A stretch of 64,000 nt of DNA from Candidatus Micrarchaeia archaeon (GTDB lineage: Archaea; Micrarchaeota; Micrarchaeia; Micrarchaeales; Micrarchaeaceae). Position numbers and translations under genes: made by a program. Location: the NCBI GenBank assembly GCA_049966775.1, contig JBMFTZ010000001.1, positions 21,167-85,166 on the forward strand, in the 5' to 3' direction. Of the stretch, positions 7,837 through 16,131 are shown piece after piece; positions within the stretch are counted from its first letter, which is position 1; each line of letters starts with the position of its first letter. The notes beneath the pieces were generated by a model. The model made no database searches. It saw nothing but the letters and a program-made list of their open reading frames with translations, and was not told where the DNA came from.

Positions 7837-9531
7837 ATGAGGATATTGCAGCTTGACGTGGACAACATCACATACGAACTCGTAAAGCCAGAAGCGAGCG
7901 TGTACGAGGATTCGAACGAGAAAAAGGTGAGCGTAGACGATGCAATGGCTCTGCTCGTGAGCGTCGAGAAGGGCGACACGGAGAGCACCGCGGATCTGGC
8001 AGTGAAGGAAGCGGCAGAAACAATGGGCAAGCTGAAGAGGGAGCGCGTTGTGGTATACCCTTTCGCACACCTGAGCAACGACTTGGCTGAGCCGAAAGAG
8101 GCGATGCACATTATTGACTACATGTTCGACGCGCTGAACGGTCGCTTCGAAGCCAAAAAGGCGCCATTTGGCTGGAACAAGGCGCTCTCACTGAGCATAA
8201 AAGGGCACCCCCTGGCTGAGCAATCCAAGAGCTACGGCGCGGAAGGCGCAGGAGCCAAGCAGTATGCTAAGGCGAAGCCGGTGAGCGTAAACACTGCGAT
8301 AGTGAGGAAGAGCGATGTATCGGGCTTGCCCGCCAACGACCATAGAACCATCGGCGAGAAGCTTGACCTTTACAGCTTCCAGGAGGTATCGCCGGGCATG
8401 GTTTATTGGCACAGGAACGGCAACGTTATATTCAGGCAGCTCCTTGATTTTATGAGGGAGCTGCTCGACCACTACGACTACAGTGAGATAAGCACGCCGA
8501 CGCTTGCCAACATCGCACTCTGGCATGTGAGCGGCCACATAGAGCACTACAAGGACAACATGTTCATATTCGACAACAATGGGGAAAGCATGGGCATGAA
8601 GCCGATGAACTGCCCTTCTACAATACTGATATACAAATCGAGGAAATGGAGCTACAAGGAGCTGCCGTTCAGGACAGCCATATTCGACCATGTCTACAGG
8701 AACGAGATAAGCGGAGCGCTTACCGGGCTCTTTAGGGTGAGGGAGCTGACCCAGGATGACGGTCACATATTTGCCAGGGAGGATCAGATAGAAAACGAGG
8801 TGGCGCTGCTGCTCGAACTTGTAAACAAGGTGTACAGCACATTCGGCATGAAGTACAAGGCGAAGCTGTCGACGATGCCTGAAGACCACATGGGCGACGA
8901 GAAGCTGTGGGAAAAGGCGACCGAAGCGCTGAGGAAGGCACTCGATACCAACAAGATGGAATACGAGGTAAAAGAGAAAGAGGGCGCATTCTACGGGCCA
9001 AAGATTGACTTTGACGTGCTTGATTCTCTGGGCAGGTCGTGGCAGTGCGCCACCATCCAGCTCGATTACCAGCTGCCGCTCAGGTTTGGCATCACATATA
9101 CGGGTGAGGATGGAAAGGAGCACACGCCGGTGCTTATCCACAGGGCCGTACTCGGCACCATTGAGCGCTTCATGGGCATCATGATCGAGCATTTCAATGG
9201 AAGGTTCCCCACATGGCTGGCGCCCGTGCAGGTGCGCGTGATAACCATATCAGAGCATGAAAACGACTACGCCATGGAGCTATACAAGGCCCTGAAGAGC
9301 AACCACATAAGGGCGTACCTCGATGACAGCGACCGCACGCTTGAATACAAGATAAGGGAAGCCCAGACGCTAGAGGTGCCTTACATGCTTGTCGTAGGCA
9401 AAAAGGAAGCGGAATCGCATAGCGTGACAGTCAGGCAGAGGTCAGGCAGGCAGGAGCACGGCGTAAGCATAGACGCTTTCATAAAACGGCTATTGGGCGA
9501 GATAAAGGAGAGGAAGCTTGAGAGCGGATAG
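7837..9531 (+). CDS. thrS: threonyl-tRNA synthetase, archaeal type with N-terminal editing domain
   Basis: 564 aa. Class II core motifs (HRTIGEKLDLYSF, FRVRELTQDDGHIF, YGPKIDF, PVLIHRAVLGTIERF). C-terminal anticodon-binding domain. N-terminal MRILQLDVDNITYELV archaeal editing-domain-like start. Confidence 0.95.
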   Translation: MRILQLDVDNITYELVKPEASVYEDSNEKKVSVDDAMALLVSVEKGDTESTADLAVKEAAETMGKLKRERVVVYPFAHLSNDLAEPKEAMHIIDYMFDALNGRFEAKKAPFGWNKALSLSIKGHPLAEQSKSYGAEGAGAKQYAKAKPVSVNTAIVRKSDVSGLPANDHRTIGEKLDLYSFQEVSPGMVYWHRNGNVIFRQLLDFMRELLDHYDYSEISTPTLANIALWHVSGHIEHYKDNMFIFDNNGESMGMKPMNCPSTILIYKSRKWSYKELPFRTAIFDHVYRNEISGALTGLFRVRELTQDDGHIFAREDQIENEVALLLELVNKVYSTFGMKYKAKLSTMPEDHMGDEKLWEKATEALRKALDTNKMEYEVKEKEGAFYGPKIDFDVLDSLGRSWQCATIQLDYQLPLRFGITYTGEDGKEHTPVLIHRAVLGTIERFMGIMIEHFNGRFPTWLAPVQVRVITISEHENDYAMELYKALKSNHIRAYLDDSDRTLEYKIREAQTLEVPYMLVVGKKEAESHSVTVRQRSGRQEHGVSIDAFIKRLLGEIKERKLESG

Positions 9532-9537
9532 TGCAGC

Positions 9538-10887
9538 TCAGCGCCTTTCCCTGCTGGCTCCAAATTCCCTTACTGCGCTATGCGCGGGTACCTCCCTCCT
9601 TATGTAAGCTTCTATGCCCCTTACCATCTTTGCATTCCTGTATGCGTAGTACACAGCGCCTATGGCAAATATGAGCAGCGCCACCGCGAGGCTTTCCACC
9701 CCAAGGTAGAGCATCACGAGCAGTATCGTGGCAAAGCCCGAGAGCGGTATCAAAAAGAAGAGCCTGTGCCTTATCAGCGCCCTCTTGTCCTTCTCGAGCC
9801 TGAGCCAGAGGCTCAGGGCGGAGATGTTTATTATCGCGTATGCCGTCAATATGCCCGCGTTTGACAGCTCCACTATGGTCCTAAAAGAGACGAATAGTAT
9901 GAATAAAACCGCGAGCAGCGAAGACAGCAGTATGGCGTTTATCGGAGTTGAAAATTTGTCTATGTAGGAAAGCTTCTTTGGCAGCTCGCTGTCCCTGCCC
10001 ATAGCGAAGAAGACCCTTGAGACTCCGAGTATGCCAGTAAATATCACGCCCGCGGTGGCCACGACGCCGCCTATCGCCACCGCTATGTCGAGCGCGGTTA
10101 TGTGCAGCGAGCTAATCGCATAGGAGAGCGGCGCGGCGGAGTGCTCGAACTGCTGGTACGGCACAAGCCCCACGGCGCCCAAAGCGATGCAGATGTAGAG
10201 TAGAGATGAGATTATTATGGATACCATTATCGCCATGGGTATGGTGCTCCTGGGATTTTTCACCTCGTCGCCCACTGTTGTCACACGCGAGAACCCCGTA
10301 AATGCGAAGAATATAAGCGCAGATCCAGCAAGCACGCCATTGGCGCCATTAGGCGCGAAATTGGATATGTTTGCAACTTGGAAATGTGCCATCGAGAACG
10401 CCACAAAAAGCGCCAGTACCGCAAGATTTATGCCTACCATTATCGCAATTGTGCGGGCAGAATGCTTTATGCCCAGGATGTTTATTATCGCGAATGCTGC
10501 TATCGCCGCTATCGCATAGTATGCTGGATATATGCTCGTGCCTACGAGCAGGTTGAGATAGCTGCCGAAGCTGAGGCCGACTGCCGCCACGGCTATTATG
10601 TTACCTATGGTCCACATCCACCCGGCGAGAAATCCCGCGCTTGGTGCAAATGCATCCTTGGCGTATTCGTACACGCCGCCTTCCTTTGCCACGTGAAGTG
10701 CTATCTCGGAAAAGCTGAGGCCGCTCAGCACAGACACTATGGCAGCTATGGCTATTGATAAAACAACTGAAGGGCCCGCATCGCCTGCAGCAAGCCCTAT
10801 GATCACAAATATGCCCGCGCCGATTATGGCACCAAGGTTTATCATGAGCGCGTCGAAGAATGTGAGCGCGCGTTTCAGCTTGTACAT
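9538..10887 (-). CDS. APC-superfamily amino acid/polyamine permease
   Basis: 449 aa, about 12 TM. N-terminal LTFFDALMINLGAIIGAGIFVIIG is typical of APC transporters. Confidence 0.85.
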   Translation of the reverse strand: MYKLKRALTFFDALMINLGAIIGAGIFVIIGLAAGDAGPSVVLSIAIAAIVSVLSGLSFSEIALHVAKEGGVYEYAKDAFAPSAGFLAGWMWTIGNIIAVAAVGLSFGSYLNLLVGTSIYPAYYAIAAIAAFAIINILGIKHSARTIAIMVGINLAVLALFVAFSMAHFQVANISNFAPNGANGVLAGSALIFFAFTGFSRVTTVGDEVKNPRSTIPMAIMVSIIISSLLYICIALGAVGLVPYQQFEHSAAPLSYAISSLHITALDIAVAIGGVVATAGVIFTGILGVSRVFFAMGRDSELPKKLSYIDKFSTPINAILLSSLLAVLFILFVSFRTIVELSNAGILTAYAIINISALSLWLRLEKDKRALIRHRLFFLIPLSGFATILLVMLYLGVESLAVALLIFAIGAVYYAYRNAKMVRGIEAYIRREVPAHSAVREFGASRERR

Positions 10888-10950
10888 GATTTGAAATGCT
10901 CAGAAAAAATTATTAAGCCTGCACTGCCTGGCGAAAAAAGAAGGGAAGGC

Positions 10951-11304
10951 CTATCTGCGCACGTCAACCTCTAGAAGGCCTATTATGCTGCCGATGAACA
11001 CGAGCACAGCCCCGACGACAAAGCCGCCGCCGTCGACCATGCTTATTATGGAGGCAACAAGCGCCATGACCAGCCACATCTCGCTGCTTGCCTTCTTCTT
11101 GCCGAGCTCGCTTGCTGTGACAAGCACAAGAGCGCCGAGGAGCAGGCCGATTACCCCGAGAGTTCCGATGAAAACCCCTGAGCGGAACATCGTCAGCATC
11201 ATCGCGCCGACGCCCCCGAGCACAAGCGTGAAAAGCGCACCTATTATTATGAGAACGCCGCCTATGTAGAACAGCATCTTCGGTGCTATAAATCTGTTGG
11301 CCAT
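10951..11304 (-). CDS. small integral membrane protein, unknown function
   Basis: 117 aa, four hydrophobic Gly-rich helices. The overlapping alternative frame 10964..11317 is Arg-rich and implausible. Confidence 0.6.
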   Translation of the reverse strand: MANRFIAPKMLFYIGGVLIIIGALFTLVLGGVGAMMLTMFRSGVFIGTLGVIGLLLGALVLVTASELGKKKASSEMWLVMALVASIISMVDGGGFVVGAVLVFIGSIIGLLEVDVRR

Positions 11305-11358
11305 GTGTATTTTTCACTGTGAAAATCTAAAAAGCTTCCTATCAACTTTCGCTTTAAG

Positions 11359-11443
11359 TGCAGGGAGAGAGATTTGAACTCTCGCAGCCCTAAGGCACAA
11401 GGTCCTAAGCCTTGCGCGTTTGACCAGACTCCGCCATCCCTGC
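11359..11443 (-). tRNA. tRNA-Leu (anticodon TAG)
   Basis: rc reads GCAGGGA-TG-GCG..CGC-CAAGG-CTTAGGA-CCTTG, a long variable arm (TGCCTTAGGGCTG), then GAGAG-TTCAAAT-CTCTC-TCCCTGC-A. The cloverleaf folds by hand. TATA (ATATAAATA) lies about 30 nt upstream. Confidence 0.9.
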
Positions 11444-11648
11444 AAAACACCATTAATGCCTTATTGGCACGTATTTATATTCTTGAAACACATTTATAAA
11501 GAGAACGGAACGCCGCTTGCAAGCGTGCATGATGCAGAGCACAGAGCAGCTGCAGGCGCACGAGAAAAGTATATAAATATGAATTGCATAACGGATAGGT
11601 GTCTATATATCAGGTAATGCAGCTACGGTGCTGCGATAACATGATACT

Positions 11649-12947
11649 ATGATAACTACCAAATATGTGAGGGACAACCTGGAGGCGATAAGGAAGTCGC
11701 TTGAGACGAGAAAGGGCGGCTATCCGATAGAGGAGCTCCTGAAGCTCGACAAGGAGTGGCGCGAGAACAAGGCGAAGCTGCAGGAGCTGCAGTCGAGACG
11801 CAACAAGCTCAGCTTGGGGATAGCGGAGCTAAAGAAAAAGGGCGCCGACGAAGAGGCAAAAGACATGGCAGCTGAAGCGGCGCAGGTGAAGAGCGGCATA
11901 GACGAGCTGGGCGCCGAAACGGAAAAGCAAGAAGCCAAGATAGAATACCTCCTACTCAACCTACCAAACGTGCTGCACGAAACGGTGCCTTACGGCAAGG
12001 ACAGCAACGACAATGTCGAAATAAAGAGATGGGGCGAGCCATCAAATAGGAATGCATTAGGCCACGACGAGCTGCTTAAGAAGCTTGGTCTGCTTGACAC
12101 GGAGCAGGCGGCGGAAGTGGCGGGGGCGCGGTTCTACTATCTGAAGGGGGATCTCGCGCTGCTGCAGCATTCGCTTATGCGCTTTGCGATAGACGAGCTC
12201 ATCAAGAAGGGCTACGAGCTTATAGACCCGCCATTGCTCCTTAAGAAGCAGTACTACAAGGGCGTTACCGCCCTTGGTGACTTTGAGGAGATGCTCTACA
12301 GGGTTGGCGAGCCCGTGGAATCGAAAGGCAAGGGCATCGAGCATGTCGACGAGGATCTCTTCCTTATAGCGACATCGGAGCACCCGATCGCAGCAATGCA
12401 CGCCAACCATGTTTTCGCGGCGAAGGAGCTGCCAAAGAGGTATGTGGGATACAGCCCGTGCTTCAGGAGGGAAGCTGGCGCGCACGGCAAGGATACGAAA
12501 GGGATATTCAGAACCCACCAGTTCTACAAGGTGGAGCAGTTCATCTTTTCAAGACAAGAGGATTCGTGGAAGTACCACGAGGAGCTGCTACACAACGAAG
12601 AGGAGCTGTTCCAGAAGCTTAACATACCATACAGGGTCGTGAACATCTGCACCGGCGACATCGGCATCGTTGCCGCGAAGAAGTACGATATAGAGGCGTT
12701 CATGCCGGCACAGGGCGGCTACAGGGAAGTGACATCGTGCTCGAACTGCACCGACTGGCAGTCGCTCAGGCTGGACATAAAGTACGACGAGGGAAACCAG
12801 AGGAAATACGTGCACACGCTGAATGCAACCGCCATATCTGCGAACAGGGCGATGGTCGCAATAGTGGAGAACTACGCAATGGATAATGGAAAGATAAAGG
12901 TGCCCGACGTGCTCGTGCCGTATATGGGCAAAGATGTTATAGGGTAA
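11649..12947 (+). CDS. serS: seryl-tRNA synthetase
   Basis: 432 aa. N-terminal coiled-coil arm (MITTKYVRDNLEAIRKSLETRK..). Class II motifs (FRREAGAHGKDTKGIFRTHQFYKVEQF, TLNATAISANRAMVAIVENY). Confidence 0.95.
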   Translation: MITTKYVRDNLEAIRKSLETRKGGYPIEELLKLDKEWRENKAKLQELQSRRNKLSLGIAELKKKGADEEAKDMAAEAAQVKSGIDELGAETEKQEAKIEYLLLNLPNVLHETVPYGKDSNDNVEIKRWGEPSNRNALGHDELLKKLGLLDTEQAAEVAGARFYYLKGDLALLQHSLMRFAIDELIKKGYELIDPPLLLKKQYYKGVTALGDFEEMLYRVGEPVESKGKGIEHVDEDLFLIATSEHPIAAMHANHVFAAKELPKRYVGYSPCFRREAGAHGKDTKGIFRTHQFYKVEQFIFSRQEDSWKYHEELLHNEEELFQKLNIPYRVVNICTGDIGIVAAKKYDIEAFMPAQGGYREVTSCSNCTDWQSLRLDIKYDEGNQRKYVHTLNATAISANRAMVAIVENYAMDNGKIKVPDVLVPYMGKDVIG

Positions 12948-13040
12948 GGATGACGCAGCCGCTGGGGCGGCGCGCCATACCTGCATCTTTATCATTTTTG
13001 TTATTGCTTTTGGTTTTTACATTATTTCAGCGGCGAAAAA

Positions 13041-14246
13041 ATGAAGAAGGAATACGATATCAAGAAGGAGCTCAAGAGGCTTTCAAGCATAAGGGGCTCG
13101 GGCACTGAGCTTATCAGCGTTTATATACCGCCAGGATTCAACATTTCTGACGAAATAGGAAGGCTTAGGGACGAATATGGCCAGGCTTCCAACATAAAAT
13201 CGAAGACCACGCGGCTGAACGTGCAGGGCGCGATCGAGCGCATCATGCAGTACCTTAAGCTCTACAAGGAGCCACCCAAGAGCGGCCTTGCTGTTTTTGC
13301 AGGCAACATCTCCAGCATGCAGGCAAATCCCGACATAGAGCTGTTTTCGATAGAGCCGCCGATGCCGATAAAGGCCAACATATACAGGTGCGACTCCACG
13401 TTCCTTCTCGAGCCCATAGAGGAGATGCTCGAGGCCAAGGAGCAGTACATAATAGTGGTGATGGATGGCAGGGAGGCCACAATAGCACTGCTCAAGGGAA
13501 CGCACATAAACGTGGAGAAGAAGCTGCATTCTTTCGCACATGCAAAGGTCAGGAAAGGGGGCCAGAGCGCTGGAAGATATGAGCGCGCGATAAGCGAGAG
13601 CATCGAGGACTTCTACAAGCAGATAGGCGATTCCGTAAACGCGGTTTATGAAAAATACGGAGGCAAGATAAACGGCGCCATCATAGGCGGGCCAGGCCCG
13701 GCGAAGGACAACTTTGTCAAGGCCAAGACGCTAAACTACCAGATAAAAGTGCTGGGCGTGTTCGACACGGGCTATACCGACGAGCACAATGGCATAGACG
13801 AGCTGCTTGAAAAGGCGAAGGAGCTGCTTGCCGAGCAGGCGTCAGTGAAGGAGCGCCGGATCATGGACCGCTTCCTCAACGAGGTGTCAAAGAATGGCCT
13901 TGCGGCATACGGTTACGAGAAAGTGAAGGAGGAGCTTGAAAACAACAACGTGACGAGGCTTATAATAAGCGACGACATCGACCTAGCAAGGGTGTCATAC
14001 AGATGCAATTCGTGCGGCGCCGAGTTCACCGCGATAGAGCAGGGTAATACAAGGCAGCAGAAGCATTCGTGCGGCGGGAGCCTCACCATCACAAAGGAGG
14101 ACGATCCCATCAGGGAGCTTATAGACAAGGCCGACAAGGACGGCATTGAGGTTGTTTTCGTCTCTACGGACAGCCAGTACGGCAATGAATTGCTGCTTGG
14201 CTTCCAGGGCATAGGCGCCATGCTGAAATACAAGCACACCAGATAG
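13041..14246 (+). CDS. prf1: peptide chain release factor aRF1
   Basis: 401 aa. NIKS motif (QASNIKSKTTR), GGQ motif (RKGGQSAGRYER) and a C-terminal Zn-ribbon-like CNSCG...HSCGG. Confidence 0.95.
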   Translation: MKKEYDIKKELKRLSSIRGSGTELISVYIPPGFNISDEIGRLRDEYGQASNIKSKTTRLNVQGAIERIMQYLKLYKEPPKSGLAVFAGNISSMQANPDIELFSIEPPMPIKANIYRCDSTFLLEPIEEMLEAKEQYIIVVMDGREATIALLKGTHINVEKKLHSFAHAKVRKGGQSAGRYERAISESIEDFYKQIGDSVNAVYEKYGGKINGAIIGGPGPAKDNFVKAKTLNYQIKVLGVFDTGYTDEHNGIDELLEKAKELLAEQASVKERRIMDRFLNEVSKNGLAAYGYEKVKEELENNNVTRLIISDDIDLARVSYRCNSCGAEFTAIEQGNTRQQKHSCGGSLTITKEDDPIRELIDKADKDGIEVVFVSTDSQYGNELLLGFQGIGAMLKYKHTR

Positions 14247-14279
14247 TTGGGCTGCTTCTCGCATAAATCAAGCGCCGAA

Positions 14280-15473
14280 TCATACAGAGCATGCGCTGGT
14301 TATTGCCGATATTGAAGTGCCAGTTATAATCGAAAGCACGTACGGCGCCACCATCGCTATGATCACGCCGATGACGCCGCCGAGGATCATTCCCATGCCG
14401 TAGCCGAGCACAGGCCCGCGCTGCTGGCCCGGCAGCACATGACCGCCGGCATAGAGGACGCCGCCGAGGATCATGAGCGTAAGGCCTAGTATGAATATGA
14501 CACTCTCTATTGTGGTGTAAACGGAGCAGATGGCGTTCGTAGCTGCGCCAAGGTTGGCGATCGAGCCTGAGCCAAAGGTGGCCGAACTAGAACCTGAGCC
14601 AGAGCCTGAGCCAGAGCTCGAACCCCCAGTTGGGGGCGTGCCGCCGGAAAACACTGTGGTGGTAGACGTGCTGGTTGATGTTGTAGTGGTGGTGGTAAAT
14701 ATGTATGCTACAACCGCATAGCCGCCAGCCCCGTTAAGCGATCCCGAAACGGTATACGTTCCTGGCGATAAGTCTATGCACTGTGCTGCATAAGTGGTTT
14801 CATACGAATCGCCGCCGTTGTCGTAGAATAACTGGGTGCAACCGGGGGGCACAGTTATGCTCGAGCATTCAAACCAGCCGCATGACAGCGATAACACCAC
14901 GTCTGACGGGTTTGACACCGAGAAGGCCCAGTTGAACGAAGATGTGCCGCCGGACGCCGCGCCGCTCTCCGTAGTGTACGGGACAGACGAGTCAACAGCC
15001 ACGCCGCCGACAGCTATGTCCGAGTGGTCGGAAGCATCACTGCAGACGTTTGACCCCTGATTCCCTGCGCTTGCATAAGTTGAATATGAAGTGGCGTCGG
15101 GCGACCACGTATAGCTCCTTAGCGCGCCGTTGCCATCACCGCCATTGCAGAAGTAATAGTTGGCGCCGCTAGGCAGCGTGTAGCTGGCCGACCTGCTGCC
15201 CGTGGTCCCACCATACCCCACTATTGAAAATACAGATGTAGACGGTGAGCTTGAGCTCGCTGGGCAGCTGTAAGTTGACGAGCAGTAGCTAGAAGGGGCA
15301 GCACAGCCAACATAGCCGCCAACAACGCAGCAGCTTTCATAGCTCGGGCATGTTACGACACAGCCGCTGCCGGGGCATAATATGGTATAAGCGGTGGATG
15401 TATTAGAAACAAGCGAGAGGGCCGCAATGGCAAGCACCACCGATAGCATAATACTACTATAATGCTCGAACAT
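14280..15473 (-). CDS. modular surface protein: N-terminal anchor/signal, Cys-rich head, beta-rich Ser/Thr domain, Thr/Ser/Gly linker, C-terminal VirB2-like two-helix module
   Basis: Track ORF is 14280..15548. The likely start is M26 (ATG at 15473; MFEHYSSIMLSVVLAIAALSLVS). Cys cluster CPGSGCVVTCPSYESCCVVGGYVGCAAPSSYCSSTYSC. Linker TTTTTSTSTSTTTVFSGGTPPTGGSSSGSGSGSGSSS. The C-terminal ~85 aa is closely similar to 7247..7627 (NAICSVY..VIFILGL..LGG.LYAG.HV.PGQ..G...GYGMGMILGGVIGVIIA..APY.L..ITG). Confidence 0.75.
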   Translation of the reverse strand: MFEHYSSIMLSVVLAIAALSLVSNTSTAYTILCPGSGCVVTCPSYESCCVVGGYVGCAAPSSYCSSTYSCPASSSSPSTSVFSIVGYGGTTGSRSASYTLPSGANYYFCNGGDGNGALRSYTWSPDATSYSTYASAGNQGSNVCSDASDHSDIAVGGVAVDSSVPYTTESGAASGGTSSFNWAFSVSNPSDVVLSLSCGWFECSSITVPPGCTQLFYDNGGDSYETTYAAQCIDLSPGTYTVSGSLNGAGGYAVVAYIFTTTTTTSTSTSTTTVFSGGTPPTGGSSSGSGSGSGSSSATFGSGSIANLGAATNAICSVYTTIESVIFILGLTLMILGGVLYAGGHVLPGQQRGPVLGYGMGMILGGVIGVIIAMVAPYVLSIITGTSISAITSACSV

Positions 15474-15570
15474 GCTTCCAGCCTCGCCGAACGCTTTCCG
15501 GCAATATATTAAGCACCGAAAAGATATTAATAATGTGCGCGCATGCATAGGGCACGAGCGCCGTGCGCCT

Positions 15571-16125
15571 TTACGAGAGAGCAGGTGCTATGCCGCACTC
15601 GCCGAGGAACGCCGCATCGCCCTGCATTACGAGCTTGTCTGGCGTTATTATCGTGCTGTTCACGCTGCTGTAGTTTATGAACACGGAAGGCATGCTTTTG
15701 CTCACATTAATGCATTCGCTTACCGGCAGCTGCGTGGAATTGGATGCTTCCCCGAGCGCCTTGGAGCTCGTGAAGCATGCGGTCTGATTGATAACAAAGA
15801 AGTCAATAGTGGAAGCATTCCTGTGGTATTTGGCGCTCGAAACTATGTTCTCCACGATGCTTGTGGCGCAAGGCTCTGTGCTTGCAAACACCGTGCCGTT
15901 ATAGGCGGTCATGTATATCGCTACGCTCTTCGCTGAATGAAAGTTGCTTTCAAATGTGTAGAAGGGCTGCCCCGTGCTTGGATGATAGAAAAAGAGCAGC
16001 AGATCCAGCGCCACGAGCGCCGCTATCGCGTAATATGCAGCAGCATTGCCTTTTTCTGCTTGGCGCGCCGCGGCTCCAGCCTTCACGGCTTTGCCTGCAT
16101 TTCCATTGTTGTTGCTTCTCTGCAT
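15571..16125 (-). CDS. type II membrane-anchored protein with a 4-Cys ectodomain
   Basis: 184 aa. Basic N-terminus, one TM (AAAYYAIAALVALDLLLFFY), then a ~135-aa domain with 4 Cys and several N-x-S/T sites. The domain is homologous to the C-terminal domain of 16132..18189. Confidence 0.7.
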   Translation of the reverse strand: MQRSNNNGNAGKAVKAGAAARQAEKGNAAAYYAIAALVALDLLLFFYHPSTGQPFYTFESNFHSAKSVAIYMTAYNGTVFASTEPCATSIVENIVSSAKYHRNASTIDFFVINQTACFTSSKALGEASNSTQLPVSECINVSKSMPSVFINYSSVNSTIITPDKLVMQGDAAFLGECGIAPALS

Positions 16126-16131
16126 TGCTTT

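Noticed and set aside
8188-9192. 334-aa minus-strand ORF inside thrS
   Set aside because: It is antisense to a confidently identified ThrRS. Its composition is Arg/His/Leu-rich with no motifs. This is a typical shadow ORF caused by codon bias.
10964-11317. Alternative 117-aa frame overlapping the small membrane protein
   Set aside because: It is extremely Arg-rich (RRRSHNNRCAFHACARGRRRDDADD..). The hydrophobic frame 10951..11304 is far more protein-like.
14530-14721. Plus-strand ORF with EPEPEPEPE repeat
   Set aside because: It is the reverse-complement reading of the Ser/Gly/Thr linker of the 14280..15473 protein, so it is a low-complexity artefact.
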